This document shows positions 25,250 to 36,448 of a DNA stretch of 64,000 nucleotides, piece by piece. Origin of the DNA: Hemitrygon akajei (lineage: Eukaryota). The notes under the pieces were generated by a model. That model made no database searches. It saw nothing but the letters and a program-made list of their open reading frames with translations, and had not been told where the DNA came from. The first letter of the stretch is position 1; each line of letters starts with the position of its first letter. The stretch spans positions 324,043 through 388,042 of the forward strand of contig NC_133154.1 of assembly GCF_048418815.1 (NCBI RefSeq), read 5' to 3'. Both the position numbers and the translations under genes were made by a program.

Positions 25250-27190
25250 GTGCAGGAGATTTAGAACATAGAATAGTACAGCACATTACAGGCCCTTCGG
25301 CCCACAATGTTGTGCCGACCCTCAAACCCTGCCTCCCATATAACACCCCACCTTAAATTCCTCAATATACCTGTCTAGTAGTCTCTTAAACTTCACTAGT
25401 TTATCTGCCTCCACCACTGACTCAGGCAGTGCATTCCACACACCAACCACTCTGAGTGGAAAAACCTCCCTCTAATATGCCCCTTGAACTTCCCTCCCCT
25501 TACCTTAAAGCCATGTCCTCTTGTACTGAGCAGTGGTGCCCTGGGGAAGAGGCACTGGCTGTCCACTCTGTCTATTCCTCTTAATATCTTGTACACCTCT
25601 ATCATGTCTCCTCTCATCCTCCTCCTCTCCAAAGAGTAAAGTCCTAGCTCCCTTAATCTCTGATCATAATCCATACTATCTAAACCAGGCAGCATCCTGG
25701 TAAATCTCCTCTGTACCCTTTCCAATGCTTCCACATCCTTCCTATAGTGAGGCGACCAGAACTGGACACAGTACTCCAAGTGTGGCCTAACTAGACTTTC
25801 TAACTAGTCTTTCTGAATAAGCCTACCATATGGAACCTTGTCAAATGCCTTACTAAAATCCATGTAGATCACATCCACTGCACTACCCTCATCTATATGC
25901 CTGGTTACCCCCTCAAAGAACTCTATCAGGCTTGTTAGGCACGATCTGCCCTTCACAAAGCCATGCTGACTGTCCCTGATCAGACCATGATTCTCTAAAT
26001 GCCCATAGACCCTATCTCTAAGAATCTTTTCCAACAGCTTTCCCACCACAGACATAAGGCTCACTGGTCTATAATTACCTGGACTATCCCTACTACCTTT
26101 TTTGAACAAGGGGACAACATTCGCCTCCCTCCAATCCTCCGGTACCATTCCCATGGACAACGAGGACATAAGGATCCTAGCCAGAGGTTCAGCAATCTCT
26201 TCCCTTGCCTCGTGGAGCAGCCTGGGGAATATTTCGTCAGGCCCCAGGGACTTATCCATCCTAATATATTTTAACAACGCCAACACCTCCTCTCCCTTAA
26301 TATCAACATGCTCCAGAACATCAACCTCACTCGTATTGTCCTCACCATCATCAAGTTCCCTCTCAGTGGTGAATACTGAAGAAAAGTATTCATTAAGGAC
26401 CTTGCTCACTTCCACAGCCTCCAGGCACATCTTCCCACTTGTATCTCTAATCGGTCCTACCTTCACTCCTGTCATCCTTTTGTTCTTCACATAATTGAAG
26501 AATGCCTTGAGGTTTTCCTTTACCCTACTCGCTAAGGCCTTATCATGCCCCCTTCTTGCTCTTCTCAGCCCATTCTTAAGCTCCTTTCTTGCTACCCTAT
26601 ATTCCTCGATAGCCCCATCTGATCCTTGCTTCCTAAACCTCATGTATGCTGCCTTCTTCCACCTGACTGGATTTTCCACTTCACTTGTCACCTATGGTTC
26701 CTTCACCCTACTATTCTTTATCTTCCTCACCGGGACAAATTTATCCCTAACATCCTGCAAGAGATCCTTAAACATCGACCCCATGTCCATAGTACATTTC
26801 CCTGCAAAAACATCATCCCAATTCACACCCACAAGTTCTAGCCTTATAGCCTCATAATTTGCCCTTCCCCAATTAAAAATTTTCCTGTCCTCTCTGGTTC
26901 TATCCTTTTCCATGATAATGCTAAAGGTTAGGGAGTGGTGATCACTGTCCCCCAGATGCTCACCCACTGACAGATCTGTGACCTGACCTGGTTCGTTGCC
27001 TAATACTAGATCTAGTATGGCATTCCCCCTAGTCAGCCTGTCAACATACTGTGACAGGAATCCATTCTGGACACACTTAACAAACTCTGCCCCATCTAAA
27101 CCCTTGGAACTAATCAAGTGCCAATCAATATTAGGGAAGTTAAAGTCACCCATGATAACAACCCTGTTATTTTTGCACCTTTCCAAAATC
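25250..27190 (-). mobile_element. CR1-like LINE covering the endonuclease C-terminus, RT and tail
   Basis: Minus-strand ORFs MEYCVQFWSPHYRKDVEALERVQRRFTRMLPGLDSMDYDQRLRELGLYSLERRRMRGDMIEVYKILRGIDRV, VDKSLGPDEIFPRLL...EDWREANVVPLFKKGSRDSPGNYRPVSLMSVVGKLLEKILRDRVY...SQHGFVKGRSCLTSLIEFFE...[20 protein letters not shown], and GDSDHHSLTFSIIMEKD. Confidence 0.85.
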
Positions 27191-27209
27191 TGCCTCCCAA
27201 TCTGTTCCT

Positions 27210-27660
27210 CGGTATCTCTGCTGCTTTACAAGGACGTTGCCTGGATTGGGGAGCATGCCTTATGAGAATAGGTTGAGTGAACTCAACCTTTTCTCCTTGG
27301 AGTGAGGGAGGACGAGAGGTGACCTGATAAAGGTGTATAAGATGATGAGAGGCATTCATCATGTGGACAGTCAGGCTTTTTCCCAGGGCTGAAATGGCTG
27401 CCAGAAGAGGACACAGGTTTAAGGTGCTGGGGAGTAGGTACAGAGGAAATTTCAGGGGTAAGTTTTTTACTCAGGGAGTGGTGAGTGCATGGAATGGGCT
27501 GCCGGCAACGGTGATGGATGCAGATACGATAGGGTCTTTTAAGAGACTTTTGGATAGGTACATGAGAAAAATAGAGAGATGGGTAAGCCTAGTAATTTCT
27601 AAGGTAGGGACATGTCTGGCACAACTTTGTGGGCCAAAGGGCCTGTATTGTGCTGTAGGT
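27210..27660 (+). mobile_element. CR1-like LINE 3' tail fragment with 3'UTR
   Basis: Encodes MPYENRLSELNLFSLE.GRTRGDLIKVYKMMRGIHHV... and ends ...ggcacaactttgtgggccaaagggcctgtattgtgctgtaggttttctatgtttctatg. Confidence 0.75.
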
Positions 27661-28245
27661 TTTCTATGTTTCTATGCAGCTGGATGCACCTCTCATAGTT
27701 GTCATCAGGAACTCTAGGCATCTCCCTGCTGTCCTATATCTCCTGCAAAAGGAGCATTCAGCTATCCTGCCTAGCATCTCTACTATCCTACTAAGCAGAT
27801 ATAAAGGGAAGGAAAAACAAAACTTAACCTTCAGCTTTTCTTTGCTTTCTCTGACTGAAGCCTCTCCTTGCAGAAGCCTTAAAGAGCTAAGCCTCAAGAT
27901 CACCACTCCGACTCTGTCCACTCAGATGATGGCCGCTGCACTTGCCCTTTTAATTTGCTCTTGCTAATCAATCCGAAATATGGATTGATTGCTGATCAAT
28001 GCTCTTTCTCGCTGTAGCAACCCGTTGCTAATTTTGTACTTAGGCAGTGGACCTGATTGAAGTCGCTACCTTTCAAAACTCCCGATGTCCAGATTGGCCA
28101 TGCCAATCTTTCCTCACAAGCCCTGCCTGACTCACTGAGTAATTCCCTATCTGTGTCAAACTCTATCCACAGACCCTGCCTCACTCACTGAATAATTCCC
28201 CATCAGTTTCAAACTCTATCCTGACTAACTGAGTAATTCTTCACT

Positions 28246-29990
28246 TTGGATTTATCCCAAATGTTTCACAGTGGACGAGAGGACTTAGGGGATTGTTGTA
28301 GAACAGAGGGACTGAGGTTCCCTGAAAATGGAGTCACAGGTAGACAGGGTGGTGAAAGTGTTTGGCACTTTGGTCTTCATCAGTCAGGGCACTGGGTACA
28401 GGATTTAGGATGTTTAGTTTCATTGTGTGGATGGGCCAGGTCAGGAGTGGCTTTGGCTCATCAAGCTTTGGCAAGGTAAGTACTTGGTAAGTTTCTTAAT
28501 TACTTTTCATTTGGGGCACAGTTTGTGCAGTGAGAATGGTTCCAGGGGCTGTGTTCTGTTCTTTGTGTGAGATGTGGTTATTGCGTGAGAGCTCCAGGTT
28601 CTTGGATAACCACAACTGTACCAGGTGCACCGAGCTGCAACTCCTCAGAGAACGTGTTAAGAAACTGGAAGGAAATGCAGCTTAATAATCTTAGTCTCAT
28701 ATGGGAGACTGCGGAAGTGATAGATGGCTACATGGAGGTAGTCAACCCCCAGGTTGCAGGAGGCAGATAATTGGGTGACTGTCAGGAGAAGGAAGGGAAA
28801 TGGGCAGCCAATGCAGAGTCCCCCTTTTGCCATTCCCTTCAATAATAAGTATACCACTTTGGATACCGTTGAGAGTGATGATCTCTCGGGAGCCGCAGCA
28901 ATCAGGTCTCGGGCTGTGGCTGAGAAGAGAGGTACAGAGGACTGCAGTAGTGATAGATCCCAAAGTTGGAAGGACAGAGATGAGATTCTGCAGGCATGGT
29001 AGAGACCCAGTTGGTGTGTTGCCTCCCACATACCAGAGTCAGGGATGTGTCAGACCGGGTCCATGGCATTCTAAAGGGGAACATGAAGGGGAACATGAAG
29101 GGGAACATTCTAAAGGGATGGGTCAGTAAGTTTGCTGATGATGCAAAGGTTGGAGGTGTTGTGGATAGTGTGGAGGGCTGTCAGAGGTTACAGTGGAAAA
29201 TTGATAGGATGCAAAACTGGGCTGAGAAGTGGCAGATGGAATTCAACCTAGATAAGTGTGAAGTAGTTCATTTTGGTAGGTCAAATATGATGGCAGAATA
29301 TAGTATTAATGGTAAGACTCTTGGCAGTTTGGAGGATCAGAGGGATCTTGAGGTCTGAATCCATAGGATGCTCAAAGCAGCTGTGCAGGTTGTCTTTGTG
29401 GTTAAGAAGGCATACGGTGTATTGGCCTTCATCAATTGTGGAATTGAATTTAGGAGCCGAGAGATAATGTTGCAGCTATATAGGACCCTAGTCAGACCCC
29501 ACATGGAGTACTGTGCTCAGTTCTGGTTGCCTCACTACAGGAAGGATTTGGAAATCATAGAAAGGGTGCAGAGGAGATTTACAAGGACGATGCCTGAATT
29601 AGGGAGCATGCCTTTTCTCTTTGGAGCAAAGGAGGATGAGAGGTGACCTGATAGAGGTGTACAAGATGATGACAGGCATTGATCATGTGGATAGTCAGAA
29701 GCTTTTTCCCAGGGCTGAAATGGTTGTCACGAGGACACAGATTTAAGGTGCTAGGGAGTAGGTACAGAGGAGATGTCAGGGGTCAGAGTGGTGAGTGCGT
29801 GGAATAGGCTGCCAGCAACGTTGGTGGAGACGGATACAATAGGGTCTTTTAAGAGACTTTTAGATAGGTACACGGAACTTAGTAAAATAGAGGGCTATAG
29901 GTAAGCCTACTAATTTCTAAAGTAGGGACGTGTTCGGCACAACTTTGTGGGCCGAAGAGCCTGTATTGTGCTGTAGGTTTTCTATGTTTC
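28246..29990 (+). mobile_element. Internally deleted CR1-like LINE: ORF1 region joined directly to the RT C-terminus, tail and 3'UTR
   Basis: ORF1-like segment ...CTRCTELQLLRERVKKLE...WVTVRRRKGNGQ...VESDDLSG..., then (gggaacatgaag)x3, then [56 protein letters not shown]...FINCGIEFRSREIMLQLYRTLVRPHMEYCAQFW...RVQRRFTRTMPELG, and an MRGDLIEVYKMMTGIDHV tail. Confidence 0.7.
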
Positions 29991-30790
29991 TATGTGAGCA
30001 GACAGAATTCTTGGTACATATTAGTACCTATGAAATAGGTATGAAAGGTGAGAAGGTCCAGAAGAGAGATGTTAGGGAGCTTGGCAGAAAGTTGAAAAGC
30101 AGGACCTCCAGGTTGGTAATCTCTGGATTGCTGCCTGTGCCAGCGCCAGTGAGGTTAAGAAAGGAATTAATGCATGACTAAAGAACTGGTGCATGGGGCA
30201 GGGCTTCAGATTTCTGGATCATTGAGTTCTCTTCTGGGGAAGGTACAACCTATACAGAAGAGATGGGTTACATCTGAACCTGAGGTGGGGGGGAGAACCA
30301 ATATCCCTCTGGGCAGGTTTGCTAGAGCTGTTCAGGAGGGTTTAAACTAATTTGGCAGGGGGTTGGGAACCAGCATATAGGGCTAAAGATTAGCTGGTTT
30401 AGGGCTGAGGGCTAGTTGGTTTACAAACAAAGGCAACATGTAGTGAGAAATGGTTGATGATAGGCCAACAACAGGATGAGTTGCAATGTAAAATCATTAG
30501 AAAGAGGGTGATAGTCACTGGGGATTTCAATATGAGGTAATTGGAAAAGTCAGGTTGGATCTGAAGAGGAGGAATTTGTAGAATGCCTTTTAGAGCAGCT
30601 CATGGTTGAGCTCACTTGGGGATCAGCTACTCTGAATTGGGTGTGTGTAATGAACCGGAATTGATTAAGAGTTTAATGTATAAAAACCTTTGGGGCCAGT
30701 GATCATAACATGATAGAATTCATCCTGCAATTTGAGAAGGCAAAGCTTCTGACCCATAAGCATTGATGGTGAGAGGGGAAGCATAGTTGT
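29990..30790 (+). mobile_element. CR1-like LINE 5' fragment: ORF1 esterase-domain remnant plus endonuclease N-terminus. It abuts the donor of MVP exon 15.
   Basis: Encodes ELGRKLKSRTSRLVISGLLPVPAPVRLRKEL...NWCMGQGFRFLDH...DGLHLN and the endonuclease motif ...SDHNMIEFILQFEKAKL. Kapitonov and Jurka described an SGNH-esterase domain in CR1 ORF1. Confidence 0.65.
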
Positions 30791-30792
30791 AC

Positions 30793-30981
30793 CTGAAGTT
30801 CAGGCCCAGACACGGCAATGGCCCGAATGGTCTCGGGGCCAATGGCCTGTACCATCTCCTGAAAGCGCTTAGATTCCACCTGGGCCAACTGGAGGTTTTT
30901 TTCCACTTCTAGGCGGTTCTGCGCCTCCATGTACTTCAGCTCCTGCTCCCGAGCCTTGGTAAGTCGCAGGAGCTCAGCGTC
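30793..30981 (-). CDS. MVP: MVP exon 15: DAELLRLTKAREQELKYMEAQNRLEVEKNLQLAQVESKRFQEMVQAIGPETIRAIAVSGPELQ
   Basis: Acceptor ccaccag|GACGCT, donor CTTCAG|gtacaa (a weak donor). Matches human [63 protein letters not shown]. The remaining roughly 75 aa (VKLLQSLGLKSTLITDG...) were not found. Confidence 0.8.
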
Positions 30982-31346
30982 CTGGTGGAGGGGGGGGTTA
31001 AAGGTAAACAGCAGGAAAAATGTGGGGGTGGAGAGGGAGATGGAGAAAGAGAAGAGGCAGAGAGGGAAAGAGAAGAGGCAGAGAGAAGGGGCAGAGCAGG
31101 GGAGGGTTGGGGGAGTGGGGAGGGGATGAGACAAGGAAGAGTTCAGGTATCTCTCTCACACACAGTGGAGAAAATCTCTATTTCCAATTCTCGACAGTGA
31201 GAGGATGACGGCAGTCTGGGTAGGTGGGTATCTCTATGGTTGGGGGTGTTGGTGGGGGATTCGGCAGTCAGGATCTCAGAAGGGGGCGTGGGCTGGTGGG
31301 AGTGTGGGGTTCTCAGCAGTCCAGAGGGTGGTGGAATATCACTCAC

Positions 31347-31473
31347 GGTTTCGATGTCCAGTGCCTGGGCCTTCAGCCTGGCCTGTAGGACAGCTCCCTC
31401 ACCCTCGATCCTCGCCGCCTCTGCCCTCGATTGTGCCTCTGCCTTAGCAGCGCCTGTGCTCTCCACTGCCATG
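31347..31473 (-). CDS. MVP: MVP exon 14: (S)[42 protein letters not shown]
   Basis: Acceptor ttccacag|CATGGC, donor GAAACC|gtgagt. Matches human [43 protein letters not shown]. Confidence 0.88.
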
Positions 31474-31634
31474 CTGTGGAAACAGAGGTGGGTCAGTGAA
31501 GGGGGTGGGGATTGGACAGACAGCAGGATGGGTCATGGTGTAGGGATGGTCAAGGGTAGCGGACAGGCAGGGGAAGGGGCACATGAGCGGGGGAGAATGC
31601 GGACAGACGGGGTGGGGGGGGGATACGGACAGAC

Positions 31635-31751
31635 CTGTTGGCCTCCAGTTCAAGCAGCTCCTTGCGAACTCGCTCTGCCTCCGCCTGATCGAGGATACGT
31701 TGACGCTCCAGACGACCCTTGGCCTCCTGTTCCAGACGCTCTGCCTCATGT
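31635..31751 (-). CDS. MVP: MVP exon 13: (R)[38 protein letters not shown](S)
   Basis: Acceptor ccccag|ACATGAG, donor AACAG|gtctgt. Matches human [37 protein letters not shown]. Confidence 0.85.
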
Positions 31752-32182
31752 CTGGGGATCAGGGAGAGAGATCCTGGAGTCAACCCCTCCAGGGAAGTAA
31801 CCACATACTCCCAACTACCCTCTTCTCACTCCTCACCCACTCCCAGCTCCTACACCACCCTCACTCTCCATCCCCTTATCACCCACCTTCTCTTGACTCC
31901 CCCTCTTTCCCTCTACTCAGTTCCACTCCTCATCTCCACCCTCTTTTCCTCATCCTTCCCCTCCTCATCTTCTCCCTTCTCTTCCTCATCTTTTCCCTGT
32001 CCTCCTCCCCTCCTCACCCTTCTCCCTGCCTTCCTCCTCATCCTGCCCTCCACTTCCTCTCCTCATCCAGTTCCTTCCTCCCCCTCCTCTCCTTCCCACC
32101 TCTTCTTCACTCATCCATGTCCTTCCTTCTTCCCTCATCACCCACCCATCCTCTTCCACCCTTGCACTATCACTGCACGGAC

Positions 32183-32394
32183 CTGGCCGCAGCCTCCTGT
32201 GCGTTAGTGGTGATCTCGATGGCCAACTGAACACTCTTCTGCAGTGCATCACGGGTTCTCTGATCAACAGGCTCCACCGCCTGTATGTCCACGCTGGTGA
32301 TACACAGGTTATTCTGTGAAAACACGAGCCGGTCCCTCACCTTCAGCTCCCCATCAAAGCCAAACACCGCCGAACGGATTATCCGGGCCGAGTT
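32183..32394 (-). CDS. MVP: MVP exon 12: [70 protein letters not shown](R)
   Basis: Acceptor cctacag|AACTCG, donor GCCAG|gtccgt. Matches human NSARIIRTAVFGFE...[35 protein letters not shown]. Confidence 0.88.
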
Positions 32395-32789
32395 CTGTAG
32401 GAAGAGGAGAGAAGGGCAGGAACGGAGGAGGGGAGGAGAGAGGAGGTGAGGGTGGGGGATGCAGAGTGAGAGTTGTTCCAGGCTCTTCCAGTTTAAGGGC
32501 GCTACTGAAGACAGGCAGCTTACTGGCTGTTCATAGAGCAAGAAATTTAACTACTTTATAACACTTTTGTGCAAAATTTTGGTAAACAATTACTGCAAAC
32601 AATGAAGACACAAGCTAAGGAGAGGCTGACTCAAGGGTTGAGCTGTGCAGGTGTGGCAAAGGTGGAGCGACATTGAAGCAAGTTCGAGAAGTGATCGGAG
32701 CAAGGTCAAGTCATGGTGAGACAGAGTCAGGGTGTGTGAAGCAGAGAACGGTCAGAGCAGAGGAATTTCAGAGCCCACCCACCTAAACC

Positions 32790-33000
32790 AAGAGTGAGGA
32801 TGGATCAAGCTAAGCACCAGGCCGATTTGAAAAGGTCTGGTATAGGCGAGATTGTGGCAGCGGGGTCCAGGCCCAGAGTGTATCGAAGCATCAGGGCCCA
32901 AGTCTTAGACCAACAAATGAGCCGATGCTTTGACAATTTAAACACCTGGCTGGACAGATTGAAAAGGCTGGGTATTGTGACCAGGGTGAGGGTTGGTCCG
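32790..33000 (+). repeat. Unclassified interspersed repeat, family E. A second copy lies at 37330-37660.
   Basis: Shared blocks: ...caggccgatttgaaaaggtctggtataggcgagattg...attgaaaaggctgggtattgtgac... here, against ...gggccgaattgaaaaggtcaagtataggccgaattgaagc...cacattgaaaaggtcagactgttgaggc... in the other copy. Confidence 0.4.
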
Positions 33001-33190
33001 GTTCTGCTCACTGCTCCACAACGTTCACTACAGTCTCCACAGGGTGAGGCTGGGACTGTGGCCTGCAGAGAGGGGAGCAGTGAAAGAAAGACAGTGGCAG
33101 GGAAAGGAAGAGGTAGCAGAGAGACCTAGAGACCTGGTTAGTGGTGTCAACACCTCCCCCAATGTTGCTTCCTTCTCCAAGCCACCTCAC

Positions 33191-33335
33191 CTTGTGAAAG
33201 TCGTCGAACTGCACAGCAGCCACAGCCCCCCGGGTTCGAGAGGCAATGGCCTTGCAGGCATCCCCCACAAAGTCCAGCACGCTGAAGATCTTGGCTGCCT
33301 CTTTAGGATCACTGTGATCTGACACGTCAAAGTGC
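33191..33335 (-). CDS. MVP: MVP exon 11: (W)[48 protein letters not shown]
   Basis: Acceptor cctcag|GCACTTT, donor CACAAG|gtgagg. Matches human [48 protein letters not shown]. Confidence 0.88.
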
Positions 33336-33479
33336 CTGAGGGGCAGAGGTGAGGGAATGGGTCAGGGAGAGGCAGGAGAGTGTCTTCCCCCACCCTCTTC
33401 CACCAAACCCCTACCAAGACTCAGCTTGCTATCATGGTAAGATAGAACCATGAATTTAGCAAGTTTCATGACAGATTCT

Positions 33480-34290
33480 GAAAATCAGATATGGGTAAAG
33501 AAATGGCAGATGGAGTTTGATCTCAGTAAGTGTGAGGTATCGCACTTTGGGAGGTCAAATGTAAAGGGACAGGGCACAGTTAATGGCAGGACCCTGGGGA
33601 CAATGCCAACAGCTCCCTGAAGGTGGCCACACAGGTTGACAGGGTGGTAAGGAAGGTGTACAGCATGTTTGTCTTTATTAGTTGAGGCACTGAGTTCAAA
33701 AGTCAGGAAGTTATGTTGCAGCTTTATAAACCTCTGGTCCAGCTGCATCTAGTTCTGGTTGCCCCGCTACGGGAAGAGTAGGGGCTTTTTAGAAGGTGCA
33801 AAAGATGTTCACCAGGATGCTGCCTGGATTTGAGGGCCTGAGCTATGAGGAGAGGTCAGAGAAACTTGTATTGCTTTCTCTGGAATGGTGGAGGCTGAGG
33901 AGAGATCTGATAGAGGTTTACAAGATGAGAGGTTCAGATAGAGCAGACATCTGGTATCTCCACCCCCCCCCCCCCCGGGTGAAAATGTTTAATATTAGAG
34001 GGCATGAATTTAAAATGACCAGGGGAAAAGTTCAAAGGAGGTGTGTAGGGCCAGCAATTGTTTGTGTTTTTTCAAATACAGAGTGGTAGGTGCCAGCAAT
34101 GTGCTGCCAGGGGTGGTGGCAGAAGCAAAAACGATAGCGATGTTAACAGACCCTTAGAAAGGTACTTAGATGTACAGGGAATGGAGAGATCTGCATAGGC
34201 TGAACGGATTTAGTTTCATTTGGCCCCCTAATCAGCACAGATAATGTGGGTCGAAGGGCCTGTTCCTGTGTTGTAGAGACGAGAGACTTC
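33480..34290 (+). mobile_element. CR1-like LINE 3' fragment in MVP intron 10
   Basis: Frameshifted matches to QVDRVVRKVYSMFVFIS.GTEFKSQEVMLQLYKPLV and RLRRDLIEVYKMRGSDRA...NIRGHEFKMTRGK. It carries a 16-nt poly-C run at 33961-33976 and ends gggtcgaagggcctgttcctgtgttgtagag. Confidence 0.75.
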
Positions 34291-34405
34291 CCCCCCCCCC
34301 CCCCACCGTTCCCCTCCCCTCTATTCCTCACTTGAGGGCCTGTTCCTGTGTTGAAGAGATGAGAGAGACACCCCCCCCCCCATTCCTCTTCTCTCTATTC
34401 CTCAC

Positions 34406-34603
34406 CAGTTGTAGGCGAGTTGGAGCTGGAGGCGAGCGTGATCAGCTGTCTCGACCACAACGATGTCAGTGCAGAAATCGGGACCTAGCAGCAGACAGAT
34501 GGAGCGCACCACCCCTGGCCGCTTGGGACGTCCTCCAGACAGACTGAGCACCGTGAACTGCTCATCGGGTCCCAGAATCACCAAGTCCGGCCCGAACACC
34601 ACC
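34406..34603 (-). CDS. MVP: MVP exon 10: (R)[65 protein letters not shown](W)
   Basis: Acceptor cccccag|GGTGGTG, donor AACTG|gtgagg. Matches human [66 protein letters not shown]. Confidence 0.88.
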
Positions 34604-34766
34604 CTGGGGGAGGGGGTGAAAGGAGGGTGTTAAAGGAGGAAAGAGGATGGAGGCTGAGGGTGATGAGGATGGGTGGGGGAGTGTGAGGGCAACGGGGAGA
34701 ATAGAAAGGAGGGAGAGTGAGGATAAGAGTCAAGGGTGGAGTGTGAATGAAGGGCGAGGCTCCCAC

Positions 34767-35023
34767 CTGGCTGCCTTGCTACTGAAGTCATAGATCTGGA
34801 CGGCGGCATTGTGGGGGACACGGAAGGTGACCACACAAGTGGGATCCCTCCTCGTGGCCTCCTCTCCACTATTGCCCACTCCCACATCCCGGGCTGGGCC
34901 ACTACGGTCCAGTACTGGGTTCTTGTCCAGACACAGCAGCTCCTCCACAGTTGGGGGCAGCACTTTGGCCCAGAGCTCCTCATCCTGGGTCAGCATATAG
35001 GTCTGACCAATCACTGCACGCAC
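34767..35023 (-). CDS. MVP: MVP exon 9: [30 protein letters not shown]...TFRVPHNAAVQIYDFSSKAA(R), ending in phase 2
   Basis: Acceptor cctccag|GTGCGT, donor GCCAG|gtggga. Matches human [30 protein letters not shown]...YRVPHNAAVQVYDYREKRAR. Confidence 0.85.
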
Positions 35024-35634
35024 CTGGAGGGACAATGGGGAGGAGGGGGCAGAAAGAGGAGTTGTAATAAAGGAGGGATGCAAGGAGAAATGGAGTGAGG
35101 GGTACCGAAAGGGAGCAATAAATGAGTGAAAAGGTAAGGGGGGACAATCAGAAAGGGAAAACGAAACCGGGTGGGTAACAAGATCGAACAAGGAAGGTAA
35201 TGAAAGGCAGAGGATAATGGGAGGGGGTAAGGAAAGAGGGAGGAGTGACAAGAGGGGGCAAGGAGAGAGAACATGGAGTATTACAATTAGTACACATCTG
35301 CCCAGCTCCTAGCAGGACATTACCAACCCTCATCCCTCTCCTTCAGGAATCTTCACAGTAAGGTAGAAATTTGGCATGACTCCAGCAACCATCACCAAAT
35401 TTACCAATATACTGTTATATATCCTTTCCAGATGCATCACAGCTTAATAAGGCAACTGTGCTGCCTGTAAGTGCAAGCAACTGCAGAGAATTGTGGTCAC
35501 AACACAGCACATCACAGAAACCAGCCTCTCCTCCTTGGACAACGAATACACTTCCTGATGCTTCGGTAAATCAAAGATTCAACCCAGCCCAGACATTCTC
35601 TCTCGCCCCTTTCCATCTGACAGAAGATAAAAGC

Positions 35635-35975
35635 CTGACAGGAGGATGAGAGGTGACTTGATATTGGTGTATAGTAGTGGATAGCCAGAGACTTTTACCC
35701 AGGGTGGAAATGGATAATACAAGATGCTAGAATTTTAAGGTAATTAGATGAAAGTATAGGGGGAATGTCAGAGGTAAGTTCTTTTCTTAAACTGGAACGT
35801 ACTGGCAGAAGTGGTGGTAGAGGAAGATACATTTACGGCACTTAAACTCTTAGATAGGCAGACGGATGATGGAGAAATGGAGAACTGTGTGCGGAGGGAA
35901 GGGTTAGATTGATCTTGGAGTAGGTTAAAAGATCATCACAACGTTGTGGGTCAAAGGGCCTGTACTGCTCTACAC
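35635..35975 (+). mobile_element. CR1-like LINE tail and 3'UTR fragment in MVP intron 8
   Basis: Encodes RRMRGDLILVY... and ends ...cacaacgttgtgggtcaaagggcctgtactgctc. Confidence 0.7.
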
Positions 35976-36000
35976 CCCAGCAGAAGGTCCTTCCCCATAC

Positions 36001-36159
36001 CTTGCCACTCTTGTTGTCTCGGACGTAAATACCCTCGTTCTGGTCAAGGGGAATAGCCTGGCGAAGTGACACCACCTCCACCATTACTGGTGGGACATAG
36101 TCCACAGGACCCCGGATCATCCATCGGTCCCCAGGCTTTCGAGGGATCACCTTACCCTC
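36001..36159 (-). CDS. MVP: MVP exon 8: [53 protein letters not shown]
   Basis: Acceptor ccccacag|GAGGGT, donor GGCAAG|gtatgg. Matches human ...[45 protein letters not shown]. Confidence 0.85.
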
Positions 36160-36322
36160 CTGTGGGGACAGGGGGAAGAGAGTGAGTGAGCATGCTGGGG
36201 AATGGAAGAAAGGGAAGGAGGGTGGTGAGAAGTGAAAGGGGAAAAGAGAGAGGTCAGGCAAAGGAGCAAAGTGGTGAAGAGAGGGGGTGTGGTACAGAGC
36301 TTGTTCAGGTGCAGTCACTCAC

Positions 36323-36448
36323 AGCATCCTTATCGTCAAAACCCTCAACCGTCCGTAGTACCAGACCCTGCTCCTCGGACAGGACATAGGTGTCCCGGAT
36401 CCCGTCCTCCAGCTGCTCACCAGGGCGAAGGAAAAACGACTTCTCTCC
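36323..36448 (-). CDS. MVP: MVP exon 7: [42 protein letters not shown]
   Basis: Acceptor acctcag|GGAGAG, donor GATGCT|gtgagt. Matches human [46 protein letters not shown]. Confidence 0.85.

Noticed and set aside
20379-27186. LINE ORF2 fragments (RT and EN ORFs of 60-300 aa in the six-frame track) as host genes
   Set aside because: All carry APE-endonuclease, RT or CR1 C-terminal-tail motifs. They sit in 5'-truncated or frameshifted copies with conserved LINE 3'UTRs, so they are transposon-encoded, not cellular genes.
27996-28184. Minus-strand ORF ...WPIWTSGVLKGSDFNQVHCLSTKLATG... considered as the missing MVP terminal exon
   Set aside because: Only a vague resemblance to ...VKLLQSLGLKSTLITDG.... 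No acceptor in phase with exon 15. The sequence sits in a 44-bp tandem repeat. Rejected as coincidental.
31583-32230. 215-aa and 162-aa plus-strand ORFs, 186-aa ORF at 31240-31800
   Set aside because: They are antisense to MVP exons 12-14 and to intronic CT-rich low-complexity sequence. Proline- and serine-rich read-through only.
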